Made by a program: the position numbers and the translations under genes
Notes under the pieces: generated by a model
Databases searched by the model: none
What the model was told of the DNA's origin: nothing
What the model saw: only the letters and a program-made list of their open reading frames with translations
Assembly: GCA_905234815.1 (NCBI GenBank)
Contig: CAJOIX010000001.1
Span: 52,603-116,602 of the forward strand
Direction of reading: 5' to 3'
Origin: an uncultured Prevotella sp.
GTDB taxonomy: Bacteria; Bacteroidota; Bacteroidia; Bacteroidales; Bacteroidaceae
DNA length: 64,000 nt
Shown: positions 29,342 to 38,279 of the stretch, in pieces
How positions within the stretch are numbered: position 1 is the first letter of the stretch
Layout: each line of letters begins with the position of its first letter

Positions 29342-30579
29342 TTTTCCCATGCAGCCAATAGGCGCCAGGTGCGGTCGCCCGTTCGGCGGTAATAGACAAG
29401 CATGGTATAGGTATTTTCCGTCTGAAAGAAGTTGCCTTCGGTAGGCACTGGCATCAATTGGCCGTCAGTGGTCTTCCAAACATACTGGTAAGAATAATAA
29501 CCCAGTTTTAGTAGCAAAACCTTTTCGTAGGCTTGCGTCTCCCAGTTGTAGTCCATTCGGTAGGAAGAGGAGAAAGAATCGTACGTGGCTTGTCCGTTCA
29601 CATATACTTCGCCGCGCAGATAGGGCGATGGCAATTGAAAATGAACATAGACATAGTCCGACTCTGTCTCGTTCTCTGTGTTGTCGGAATTGCGTATCAG
29701 AAAGGCTCCATTGGCATCCTCGTCGTAGATGTAGGAGGGACGGGAAAGGTCGGGATAGATAAAGGCATGATAGTGTGAGCCATCCCACTGCATGGATTCA
29801 AGGCCGAGTGTGGTGTGGTCGGTATCGAGCAGTTCAAATTTGTGGTACTCGTTCCAGCCGTTGAAGATGTAATCTCTGCAGTGTTCCCATCTGAGTCCGT
29901 CGCTCATGGTATATTGTGGCGCTGCATCCCATACAGCTGTTGACCATCGGTGGTTTTGCAGCACAACGGTTTTGATTTCTTCTTTCGGATTGGTTACAGT
30001 GATTCCACTATAGTTTAAAGCGACAGCGAGTTGCTGGTGTCGGCCATTGATGTCGCGGTCGGTGTTGGTTTTCACGGTGCCATGCACCCCCATGAGTGGC
30101 TCTACCACCATGAAGCAGACCTGCGCCACGGGTCGGTTGTTTTCATTCTCGTCGGTAATAGTGACGCGGTAGTTGCCGCTCATTTTTAGTTGGCAGCGGC
30201 TGTTGGGCAGCGAGAAAGAATAGTGCGTGTAGAGAAAGTTGGTGTTGAGGGATTCCTCCACGTCATCGATGGTGTTTCCTTCGGCGAATCCATTGAGATA
30301 ATCGGCTGTGAAGATTCCTGTCGAGGGTTGCCAATCGGCTTCACAGTGTTCGATGGAATAGACATATCGATGATACTCGTGGGTCATGTCGTCGAACGAG
30401 ATGTTGATTTGCTCTGCGCCGTTGAGCTGAATGATGGGCATATCCAGCCACCGTTCTCCCGCCACGACCTGCACAGTGCGAATCCTGTCGTTGAAGATGC
30501 GCACTTGCTGGGCTGTCAGCCTGAGGGGGGAGAGTCCTGCAAACAGAAGCAGGAGGCATGAGATGAGCAGTTTATTCAT
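29338..30579 (-). CDS. DUF5103-like secreted/periplasmic protein
   Basis: Signal peptide; ISFDD, HCEADW, YTHY, SGNY, GYYSYQY, EGNFFQTENTY. Confidence 0.75.
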   Translation of the reverse strand: MNKLLISCLLLLFAGLSPLRLTAQQVRIFNDRIRTVQVVAGERWLDMPIIQLNGAEQINISFDDMTHEYHRYVYSIEHCEADWQPSTGIFTADYLNGFAEGNTIDDVEESLNTNFLYTHYSFSLPNSRCQLKMSGNYRVTITDENENNRPVAQVCFMVVEPLMGVHGTVKTNTDRDINGRHQQLAVALNYSGITVTNPKEEIKTVVLQNHRWSTAVWDAAPQYTMSDGLRWEHCRDYIFNGWNEYHKFELLDTDHTTLGLESMQWDGSHYHAFIYPDLSRPSYIYDEDANGAFLIRNSDNTENETESDYVYVHFQLPSPYLRGEVYVNGQATYDSFSSSYRMDYNWETQAYEKVLLLKLGYYSYQYVWKTTDGQLMPVPTEGNFFQTENTYTMLVYYRRTGDRTWRLLAAWEN

Positions 30580-31042
30580 GGTGATAGGGTTCTCCTTTTA
30601 TGATTGTGCAGGCACGATAGAGTTGCTCAAGGAAAATCATGCGTACCATCTGGTGGGAAAACGTGAGCCGTGAGAGGCTCATGAGTTCATTGGCACGGGC
30701 TTTCATTCTTGGCGAAAAGCCGAACGGCCCGCCAATGATGAAGACCAACCGCTGGGATGCCATTTGTCGTTTCTCTATCCATGTGGCGAGTTCAACGCTG
30801 CGCGGCTCCCGTCCGTGTTCATCAAGCAGCACCACATAGTCGGCCGGGCGTATGAGTTTAAACATCATGTCGGCTTCTTGTTCCATCTGAACTGCTGGCG
30901 TAAGACCCTTCACACTGCGCACTTCCGGCAGAATGTTCAGTTCTATCGGAACATAGTGCTTCAGTCGCGACAGGTAGTCGTTAATGCCGCGCTCAATGTA
31001 ATCGATGGAGGTTTTACCGTTCCAGATACATGCTATCTTCAT
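30572..31042 (-). CDS. rlmH: 23S rRNA (pseudouridine1915-N3)-methyltransferase
   Basis: LLDEHG, FIIGGPFG, SRLTFSHQMVR, EQLYRA, GEPYHH. Confidence 0.96.
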   Translation of the reverse strand: MKIACIWNGKTSIDYIERGINDYLSRLKHYVPIELNILPEVRSVKGLTPAVQMEQEADMMFKLIRPADYVVLLDEHGREPRSVELATWIEKRQMASQRLVFIIGGPFGFSPRMKARANELMSLSRLTFSHQMVRMIFLEQLYRACTIIKGEPYHHE

Positions 31043-31391
31043 CTTCTTTTCGCTTGATATTTGGCAATGGGCAGATGCTGTCATCGTGATTGAGCGGATG
31101 ATACTCTGCAGCGCGTTTTTTGTTCATCGGGAACCAGCCTTTTTCTACGCGTTTTTTCTGTGCGAAGAGTTCGCCAATGCTCCACAACAGCGATGCTCCC
31201 ACCACACCGAGAAAGGCCGATAGGATGAGATTGGGCGTGAGCAGTGAGGCTACAATCGCGCAAATGCCCAGCAAGAGGAATATCCACCAGGGGCGCGTGC
31301 CGTAATAATATTCCGTTTTAATCACTAAGGGGTGGAATAATCCAATCACAAGGAATGTGCCTATGGCCAGGAGAAGTCCGGAGAAGTACAT
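31014..31391 (-). CDS. DUF4491-like small membrane protein
   Basis: IGLFHPLVIKTEYY, WSIGELFAQKKRVEKGWFP. Confidence 0.8.
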   Translation of the reverse strand: MYFSGLLLAIGTFLVIGLFHPLVIKTEYYYGTRPWWIFLLLGICAIVASLLTPNLILSAFLGVVGASLLWSIGELFAQKKRVEKGWFPMNKKRAAEYHPLNHDDSICPLPNIKRKEDEDSMYLER

Positions 31392-31433
31392 GGGTAAGTT
31401 GGAGTTGAAGCAGGAGTTATGGGGTTAAAGAAT

Positions 31434-32234
31434 TTAAGAATTTAGGGTGCTGAGGAGTCGGGCTACGATGATATCGATTTCCTTGTCCATGCGTGGAAGT
31501 ATCACGCGGCGATAGGAGGGGTAGTCGGGATGGAGCACCACGAGGTTCATGCGGCTGATGGCGATGCCATAGTTGCGCTCAAGTATATAGCGGTAGAGGT
31601 TTTGTTGCAGGCAGTAGTGGTGGTAAACGGTGTCGGAGAGAAATTCCAGACCGTTGATTCCTGAATTCCAGCGGTTAACTTCTTGCGGGTCTATGCGGTT
31701 GGAGCGTTTCCAATCGAAGATTTCGTAGGTGCCGTCGGGACATTCGCAGAGGAGGTCGATGGTGCCCGCCATGCGTGTATCATCGTCATAGACACCCCAT
31801 TCGGTGCGAAATGGCGTGAATTGATTTTCGTGGCAGAAGCGCTGGAAATACTCCCATTCGGTGGCAATGCTGATATGCTTGTCCAGTTGCACATAGTCGC
31901 CGTGGTATTCTACATGGCAGTCTAACTTTGGCTGGGCGCCAGTATTGAGAAAGTTTTCAATCTGAGCGTGCATATGTGTGCCGCAGACTGACGAAATTTG
32001 TCCTTTTGCAGCCCATTCTTCGCGCAGTGCTGCTGCGGCAATGGGATTGTCGTGACACTTGCGCAGACTGATGCCTTCAGCGTCGAAGGGCTTGAAGAAC
32101 TGGCTGATGATGTTGCTGACAGAGGTGAATATTCCCAATCCGTCAACGGTGTAGGTGTGGGTTGACTCTTCAAAATGAAGTTTTTCGTCGCGTGGGAAGG
32201 TGAGTTCTGATGAGTTGAGATTTTGTTTTATCAT
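31434..32234 (-). CDS. PD-(D/E)XK (RecB/Cas4-like) nuclease
   Basis: FEESTHTY, SVSNII, GTHMHAQIE, TEW, MAGTIDLL, IFDWKRS, YCLQQNLY; true start ATG 32234. Confidence 0.8.
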   Translation of the reverse strand: MIKQNLNSSELTFPRDEKLHFEESTHTYTVDGLGIFTSVSNIISQFFKPFDAEGISLRKCHDNPIAAAALREEWAAKGQISSVCGTHMHAQIENFLNTGAQPKLDCHVEYHGDYVQLDKHISIATEWEYFQRFCHENQFTPFRTEWGVYDDDTRMAGTIDLLCECPDGTYEIFDWKRSNRIDPQEVNRWNSGINGLEFLSDTVYHHYCLQQNLYRYILERNYGIAISRMNLVVLHPDYPSYRRVILPRMDKEIDIIVARLLSTLNS

Positions 32235-32239
32235 GTTTG

Positions 32240-33013
32240 TTACTGTTTTTCTTGTCTTTGTCGCACTGCTTCGAACAGCAGAATAGCTGCCGATACCGAC
32301 ACGTTGAGCGAGTCTAATTGTCCCATCATGGGTATGCGGATGTGGCGGTCGGCTGCCGTGCGCCATTGTTGGGTGAGCCCTGTCGATTCTGTGCCCATGA
32401 CAATGGCCGTTGCGCAGTGCATGGGTGTGTGGTAGTAGAGCTCGGAATCTTGCAGTTGGGCAGTGAGTATTTGAATGTTGTGGGCTTTGAGAAAGTTGAT
32501 ACACTCTGCCGATGTGCAGGCCACGGTGGGCACGGTGAACCGCGCTCCGATGCTGCTGCGTATGAGGTTGGGATTGTAGAGGTCGGTCAGCGGGTCGCAA
32601 ACGATTACGGCGTCGGCTCCGGCTGCATCGGCCGAGCGGAGCACGGCACCGAGATTGCCGGGCTTCTCCACGCTCTCGAGCACCACAAGGAGGGGATTTT
32701 CGCTTAGGGTTAAGTCTGCGAGTGTCTGTTGCTTGGCCTTTATCAGTGCGATGCATCCTTCGGTTGAACCGCGATAGGCCACGCGCTGATATACTTCGGG
32801 CGATACCAGTTCGAGATGCTGGCAGGGCAGCGTGACAGTGCCGCCCAGCGATTCGCAGCAGAAAATGGTTTCTGCCTCATAGCCGCTGGCCAGTGTGTGC
32901 TCCAGTTCGCGGCGGCCTTCTACCACGAACAGCCCTTGCCGCCGCCGCTCCGACGATTTTTGTTGCAGGAGCAGGAGTTGTTTTATCTTCGAGTTTTGTG
33001 TGCTGGTAATCAT
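32240..33013 (-). CDS. TrmH/SpoU family RNA 2'-O-methyltransferase
   Basis: ITSTQN, EKPGNLGAVLRSADAAG, MGTESTGL, IPMMGQLDSLNVS. Confidence 0.93.
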   Translation of the reverse strand: MITSTQNSKIKQLLLLQQKSSERRRQGLFVVEGRRELEHTLASGYEAETIFCCESLGGTVTLPCQHLELVSPEVYQRVAYRGSTEGCIALIKAKQQTLADLTLSENPLLVVLESVEKPGNLGAVLRSADAAGADAVIVCDPLTDLYNPNLIRSSIGARFTVPTVACTSAECINFLKAHNIQILTAQLQDSELYYHTPMHCATAIVMGTESTGLTQQWRTAADRHIRIPMMGQLDSLNVSVSAAILLFEAVRQRQEKQ

Positions 33014-33043
33014 GACGCGATGTTGCAATTAGCTGGGGTGCAT

Positions 33044-34801
33044 TTATCTGACAATGATTTTCTTTCCTTTGTAGATATAGATGCCCTTAGGCAGCTGAGC
33101 GTTTGTTGCCGGGAATTGAATGTCGAGCTTGCGGCCGTCGATGGTGTAGATGGCATCGTCGTAGCGGTCTTCTCTCTGGCCGTAATTGTCGATTGTGGTA
33201 ATGCCCGTGGTGCCTTCTCCCCACTGCTGGCGCAGATAGTTTGTTTTCTGTGCCAAACAATTTTTAAATTCGTTTTTCTTGCTTTCTATATTGTTGGTCC
33301 CGTAGGCTGGCCAGCGCTCTTGGTCGGCTATGGCTGCTGCGGAAATTTTCTCGGCAAACTCGTCGATGAAGTTGTCGAGCGTCGGATATTCCGTGCCGAA
33401 GAAGGGTCGCCATATTTCTTTCACTTTGGCTTGGAAGCGGGGGTATTTGGCTATTTCTCCAATCCAAGTTTGTCCGAACGGCGGATCTACATAGATGAAT
33501 TTATTGTATCCGCGGTGGAAGGAGTTTCCAAAATCCCACACAGGCCCGAAGATGAGTTTCGAGTCAGCACCGAGGTCTTTGTGCATATAGCAGGAACCGT
33601 GGAAGGATTCGGCATTGTCCATCACTTCCTGTACGATGTAAAAACGCACCAGTGCATCGAGGTCTATGTAGTTTTCCCACGCGGTGGAGTTTTTGTTGGA
33701 GGCGTAGATGGCAGAATTGACATCGCTGATCAGATCGGTGAGATAGTTTTTCTGTGCCTCGGAGAGAATCTCGGGCGCATGGTAAGTGATCCAAAGCGAG
33801 GCGCCATTGCCTTCGGTGAGCTGTATCTGCTGGTCTTCGGCGTAGTTGTTGATTTCGAGCAGCCATCCGCCGGTGATGAGGTCAGCGTCGGTTTCTTGGT
33901 CCAGTTGCTCGGTGATGTTGACGCGGTCTTTGGCTATTCGTATATTCTCGGTGAGGAAGTATAGTCCGATATAATTGCCGTTGAGCACCACTTCCACTGG
34001 TTCTTGTGCGGGGGTATAGGCCAGTCCGATCAGTCGGCTCAACTGGAATCCCACGGTGTTGCGGAGGAAGCCCAGATTGTCGTCGGCATGGGCCAGCAGC
34101 ACGAAATGTCGGCTTTTGTTCATGCCCAGCGGTGCGGCTTTCTGGTCGAACTTCAGTCGGTACGGCTTTTTATCAAATCCCGTCCAGGTGTAGTTACCGC
34201 GCCCCTTGATGAGCAGCGACAGCGGTGCTTCTTTCGTGCCGAGGTTTTCGTACCCGTCGAGGTTCAGCGCGTCGATGTAGTAGGTGCCGCTGACGTAAGT
34301 TTCTTTCGATGTGACGGGCTCAGCGGTGTTGATGTAGAGCACGGGCAGCGTGCCGGAGTAGGCCGTGCCGTTGTAGGCGTTCCATGTTTTCCACGCGCCC
34401 TGAGCCCAGTTGTCGCCGCTGCTGGGTACAAACACTCCGCCCACAATGATGGCATCGCTGCGGGTAGCAGTGCGCAATTCATTGCGCGAATTACTGATGT
34501 TGTCTTTCACCGTGTTGAAATTCTGGTTCTGTTCGCCGTCGGGCAGTGTGGTCTGGGCAAAGGTGTAGCGGTACATATCGGTCACCTCGGCAGGGATGGT
34601 CACACTCCAGAGCGACCCTTCCTCCTGCTGCATGGTCACGACGGTGCACGTTTGGCGCTGGTCGCTGCCATAGACAAACTTGATGTATGTATAGCCTGTC
34701 AGCGAATTGTCGAAATAAAATTTACCTGCCGGAATGGTCAGGGCCCAGCCGTGAACACTCAGCATTGTCAGAAAATAGAGCAAAAGCGTCAGTCGTCGCA
34801 T
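33044..34801 (-). CDS. Secreted CotH-family kinase with T9SS-type C-terminal sorting domain
   Basis: Signal peptide; KGRGNYTW, KKPYRLKF, GLYFLTE, GPVWDFG; C-term TGITTI..IYTIDGRK..LPKGIYIYKGKKIIVR. Confidence 0.85.
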   Translation of the reverse strand: MRRLTLLLYFLTMLSVHGWALTIPAGKFYFDNSLTGYTYIKFVYGSDQRQTCTVVTMQQEEGSLWSVTIPAEVTDMYRYTFAQTTLPDGEQNQNFNTVKDNISNSRNELRTATRSDAIIVGGVFVPSSGDNWAQGAWKTWNAYNGTAYSGTLPVLYINTAEPVTSKETYVSGTYYIDALNLDGYENLGTKEAPLSLLIKGRGNYTWTGFDKKPYRLKFDQKAAPLGMNKSRHFVLLAHADDNLGFLRNTVGFQLSRLIGLAYTPAQEPVEVVLNGNYIGLYFLTENIRIAKDRVNITEQLDQETDADLITGGWLLEINNYAEDQQIQLTEGNGASLWITYHAPEILSEAQKNYLTDLISDVNSAIYASNKNSTAWENYIDLDALVRFYIVQEVMDNAESFHGSCYMHKDLGADSKLIFGPVWDFGNSFHRGYNKFIYVDPPFGQTWIGEIAKYPRFQAKVKEIWRPFFGTEYPTLDNFIDEFAEKISAAAIADQERWPAYGTNNIESKKNEFKNCLAQKTNYLRQQWGEGTTGITTIDNYGQREDRYDDAIYTIDGRKLDIQFPATNAQLPKGIYIYKGKKIIVR

Positions 34802-34932
34802 TTTCTTGGGGGATTTGTTGCAGTCGTTAAATAAAAATTATCAAGCGCAAAGATAAAAATTTTATCCAAAAAAATCACCACTTCTGCCAGTCTTATTTAG
34901 ACCCATTTATTTTTTTTTCTATAGACTACAAC

Positions 34933-35008
34933 AATACCACAGTTCTGAATAAGAGTCATCGAAACAGCATAAGTTGTTTCAGCAACTCTTACCCCGAACT
35001 GGGGTATT
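34933..35008. repeat. 76-bp imperfect palindrome (36-bp arms, ATAA loop)
   Basis: Arms 34933-34968 and 34973-35008, 27/36 complementary. Confidence 0.8.
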
Positions 35009-35049
35009 CTTAATTTTTTGATTCGCACCACAAAACTATTTTCGTTAGA

Positions 35050-35090
35050 AAACAAGCGGGAAGTAGTAAAAAATACTGTTCCCGCTGATT
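35050..35090 (-). terminator. Intrinsic terminator downstream of the deiminase gene
   Basis: AGCGGGAA/TTCCCGCT stem with T-rich tail on the minus strand. Confidence 0.7.
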
Positions 35091-35154
35091 TATTAACGAA
35101 ATAATTGGATTTAGGGTATTTTTATGGTATGTAATCCTTAAGTGTCTATAAAAG

Positions 35155-36417
35155 TTATATTCTATAGGTCCACGTTGAACAATTTAGGACTCCACCTTCT
35201 AATGCCACATCGTTATAATTTATTGTCTCAATAATCTTTTCGGGGAATATCTGTTTAAAGGTTGCGATAGCCTCAGCATCCTTATTACCTTCAACCTCGA
35301 AGACAGGGAGAATTATCAGATTACCTACTTCCAGATAATTAACGTAAATTCCTATAGCGTTGTCAAGATGCTTAGGATCCTTATACCCATAGAAGAAGGG
35401 CACATCAATATACTTGAGGTTATTTTCTTTTAAAACCTTTTCAATGCCATTGACCCAATACTTGTATTCATCTGCGCGATTGTTTCCCAATATCGTGTCG
35501 TGGTTTACAAAGCGAACCATGCCATCTGCATGGCCTGTATAATCGTCATTTTGGGCTGGAATAATGATTACTTCTGCCTCAAGCAAATCTGATAGTTCCT
35601 TGACTAGTTGCTCTTTGTTTGTGTATTCAGGATTCTCTGTGAAGATTCTGTCTGATATAATTGCACGACCGGAACAAAGTAAAACATTCCCACCGTCAAG
35701 GTTAATATTCGAAAATACAGGCTCAAATCCATTTTCCCGACACACCTCTCTCCAGTCAGAACGTGAATCTTCCCATTCTTTTTTGCCTTTCAGATAAGAC
35801 GGCTCGTAGCGGAATTGTATTAACTTGCCAGATTCGGTTTGTATTGGCATGTAATCCCTGCACCAAATATCCTTTGTACCTTTCAGCAGTCGATAATCTA
35901 TGCCATGCTTTTTCAAGATGGCGGTCAACCGATTGAAGCACTCAGGGAAATGCTCTTCAAGCAGTTCGGACAAATAGACTGTCTCTTTTTCTTTTTGATC
36001 TTCTGTTTTTTCAGTGGCTTCAGAAAAAGTCTCTTGTTTTTTAGCGTTCTTATTTTTCAGATCCCAATATTTCGTTCTGATTGTTGGATAATCATTGTTC
36101 ATAAACATCTCACACAGTTCCTTGGTAGGTTCCCAGTCATGTTTCAAGCACAAATCTGTAAAGACCGTCTCCTTGCCTCGCTTATTCAAAACGAAACTGT
36201 TTATGTAGTCAGATGATATGTGCTTACCAGCACGCAGAAGTATCCTATTCATTTTCCGAAGGACCTTCCGATGAGCCTTCGTCGATAAACTGCTATCAAC
36301 CAGGCTTTTCATCAATTCGCTCAGTTTAGGCTTTTTTACCCATTCGACAGCTTTGCCAATGACGGGAATGATACCAATCAATCCGATAATTGTTCCGATG
36401 ATGAACTCTGTACTCAT
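35155..36417 (-). CDS. Agmatine/peptidyl-arginine deiminase family protein with N-terminal TM helix and extra domain
   Basis: IWCRDYMP, LDGGN, TGHADG, YVNYL, GGVLNC; AT-rich. Confidence 0.85.
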   Translation of the reverse strand: MSTEFIIGTIIGLIGIIPVIGKAVEWVKKPKLSELMKSLVDSSLSTKAHRKVLRKMNRILLRAGKHISSDYINSFVLNKRGKETVFTDLCLKHDWEPTKELCEMFMNNDYPTIRTKYWDLKNKNAKKQETFSEATEKTEDQKEKETVYLSELLEEHFPECFNRLTAILKKHGIDYRLLKGTKDIWCRDYMPIQTESGKLIQFRYEPSYLKGKKEWEDSRSDWREVCRENGFEPVFSNINLDGGNVLLCSGRAIISDRIFTENPEYTNKEQLVKELSDLLEAEVIIIPAQNDDYTGHADGMVRFVNHDTILGNNRADEYKYWVNGIEKVLKENNLKYIDVPFFYGYKDPKHLDNAIGIYVNYLEVGNLIILPVFEVEGNKDAEAIATFKQIFPEKIIETINYNDVALEGGVLNCSTWTYRI

Positions 36418-36421
36418 ATGG

Positions 36422-37087
36422 CTATTTCTTTAATTTATTGTATTCTTCTGCTGATATTTCCTGAATATAATCTAATACATTCAACTTAGAGGAGGCCTTT
36501 TTCGTGCCATCCCAATCTACAAAAGTAATAAGGCGTCCACCACCACTTATCCAATAACTTGTTTCTATAATTCTGTGCTTCTTTTTCCCAGCTGTATAAC
36601 TATTGTCTCTTGTTATTTTAATCGATTTCAGGAATAACGAATTATGATTTATAGAAGCATTAATATACACATATTCGGATGTGCATTGATACTTATCTCC
36701 CCTATCTGTTTCAGTCCACTTGAAAGATTTGTCTTTATCAGGAAAAGCAAAAAGAATGAGTCTGTCTTGATACTGTGTACTCCCTGTTAATTTGTTCTGG
36801 CGAAGTTGGACATCTGAAATTACGGCATTCCCTTCTATGTGGTATCTATAGGTATTTTTGGCCGACATGGCCCCATACCCAATGTAGGTTTCTGCTACAA
36901 GATAATTGTCGTAGGCATAAGATTCAAAGCTGTACTGAGTTACCGACAAGAGCTTTCCATTACTGTCTGGCGAGCCGTATGTTCGGAAGCCGATAGGATA
37001 AAAATAATCCTCAAAATTATATTGCTGTGCGTGTACAGATATACCACATAGCATAATTGTCGCTAAAAGAAGAAATGATTTTTTCAT
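36422..37087 (-). CDS. Hypothetical secreted protein
   Basis: Signal peptide MKKSFLLLATIMLCGISVHA; aromatic/beta-rich; AT-rich; 4 bp from the next gene. Confidence 0.75.
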   Translation of the reverse strand: MKKSFLLLATIMLCGISVHAQQYNFEDYFYPIGFRTYGSPDSNGKLLSVTQYSFESYAYDNYLVAETYIGYGAMSAKNTYRYHIEGNAVISDVQLRQNKLTGSTQYQDRLILFAFPDKDKSFKWTETDRGDKYQCTSEYVYINASINHNSLFLKSIKITRDNSYTAGKKKHRIIETSYWISGGGRLITFVDWDGTKKASSKLNVLDYIQEISAEEYNKLKK

Positions 37088-37148
37088 TATCAGTAAGTTT
37101 TGTGTGCCTATAGACAATCCCGAGAGTTGGTCGTGAGTATAAATGAAA

Positions 37149-37378
37149 GACGTGGGTGTCTCTACTTATCTTATCCCACATCTGGGCTCTAGCATGCCTC
37201 GCAACAGGATAAGCAACTCGATAAAGCCCACGTCAGTGTGATATTGTAGAGATTTTACCTTATTATATATATAAGGAAAAGGTACAATACACCCAATGTG
37301 GACGTTCGTGGTTGCGATATCTTCAGTTGCTTGAATGTGCTAGATTCAGATGTTGAAGATAACGTTCAGTAAACGTCC
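37149..37378 (-). ncRNA. Candidate structured leader RNA with two long hairpins and complementary loops
   Basis: Hairpins 37149-37234 and 37300-37378; loops TCTAGCAT / GTGCTAGA. Confidence 0.55.
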
Positions 37379-37433
37379 TTTTCCAGTAAAAATATATGAC
37401 CCTCATGCCCTTACAGGCTCATCGAGTCTGTTG

Positions 37434-37465
37434 CAAAAATACGACTATATGGAGAAAACACCAAA
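37434..37465 (-). promoter_or_regulatory. sigma-ABfr promoter driving the islet operon
   Basis: Minus strand TTTG (37462-37465), 20 nt, TATTTTTG (37434-37441). Confidence 0.75.
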
Positions 37466-37522
37466 GGTATTTCGTATTTTTTAGCGCGAGCAAGTTAATA
37501 TAGTTGAGAGTTTAGAGTTTAT

Positions 37523-37918
37523 TTTTGTTAATTTTCGTGTTTTGATTTAACACTTCATTTTCGACTGTTTTAGCGCGGAAAATGATGTTTTGTTGGCCCA
37601 AATGCGACCTTTTTCGGGGCGATTTACCCGAAAATGTGACCAAAATGCACTGTTTTTACCCTCCAAATGCTAACATTTTGCGGTGCAAAACGTAAGCTCT
37701 TGCCGACCAAAAGCTATGCTTTTACTCAGCAAAAGCATAGCTTTTGGAAATCAACGGACGGCGAAAAAGTGCACAAAATCGTGTAAGCAATTCAGTATCA
37801 GTTGCTTAAATAAAACGTCGAAATTTGGCGTTATTTGGGCGCTCATCTGTTTTTGGTTCCAAAAAACGCAAAATAACGGCAGCTTGGAGCTGAAAAATCG
37901 GCGAGAAAATTAACAAAA
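37523..37918. mobile_element. MITE-like non-coding unit bounded by perfect 14-bp inverted repeats
   Basis: TTTTGTTAATTTTC 37523-37536 / GAAAATTAACAAAA 37905-37918; encloses ladder copy C; no TSD seen. Confidence 0.4.
37686..37746. repeat. 22-bp-period ladder, copy C (degenerate leftwards)
   Basis: Units at 37687 (degenerate), 37709 (CTATG), 37731 (CATAG). Confidence 0.85.
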
Positions 37919-38024
37919 TTTCACACTAATTAAGAAATGTGGCTGTCTAACCGCTTGTAAGTAGTTTTCACATGTAATTCTCACGAATGAGGCATTAATA
38001 AAAAATGAGCAACGAAAAAAACAA

Positions 38025-38121
38025 GGAAAAATTTGTGGCAACATAATAAATTTGTAACTTTACGCTTACTTGCGATTTGAAAAGGCCTTGATGACCAATC
38101 TGCAAGAATCGCTACCCAAAG
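38025..38121 (+). repeat. Direct-repeat copy of the glycogen-operon promoter and 5' CDS (lacking RBS and start codon)
   Basis: 38045-38066 = 40735-40756; 38066-38121 = 40795-40850 (56 bp identical). Confidence 0.92.
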
Positions 38122-38180
38122 GGACACAGTTGGCCCCCCCCTTCCCCTCCCTAAGGGATGGGCGATAGATTACTCTCACT

Positions 38181-38279
38181 ATGTGTGTGTCTATTTGCGT
38201 ATCTATGTGTGTATCTCCGAAGTCAACTTTCCTTTATCCATGCGGCTTCGCGTGGTGTTATGTGTGTATGTGCGTATCT
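38181..38279. repeat. Iteron-like 12-mer ATGTGYGTATCT repeats
   Basis: Three tandem units 38181-38216 plus 38260-38279. Confidence 0.7.

Noticed and set aside
34944-34965. Hammerhead ribozyme core (CTGA...GAAAC)
   Set aside because: CUGANGA consensus is not met and the stems are better explained by the long palindrome.
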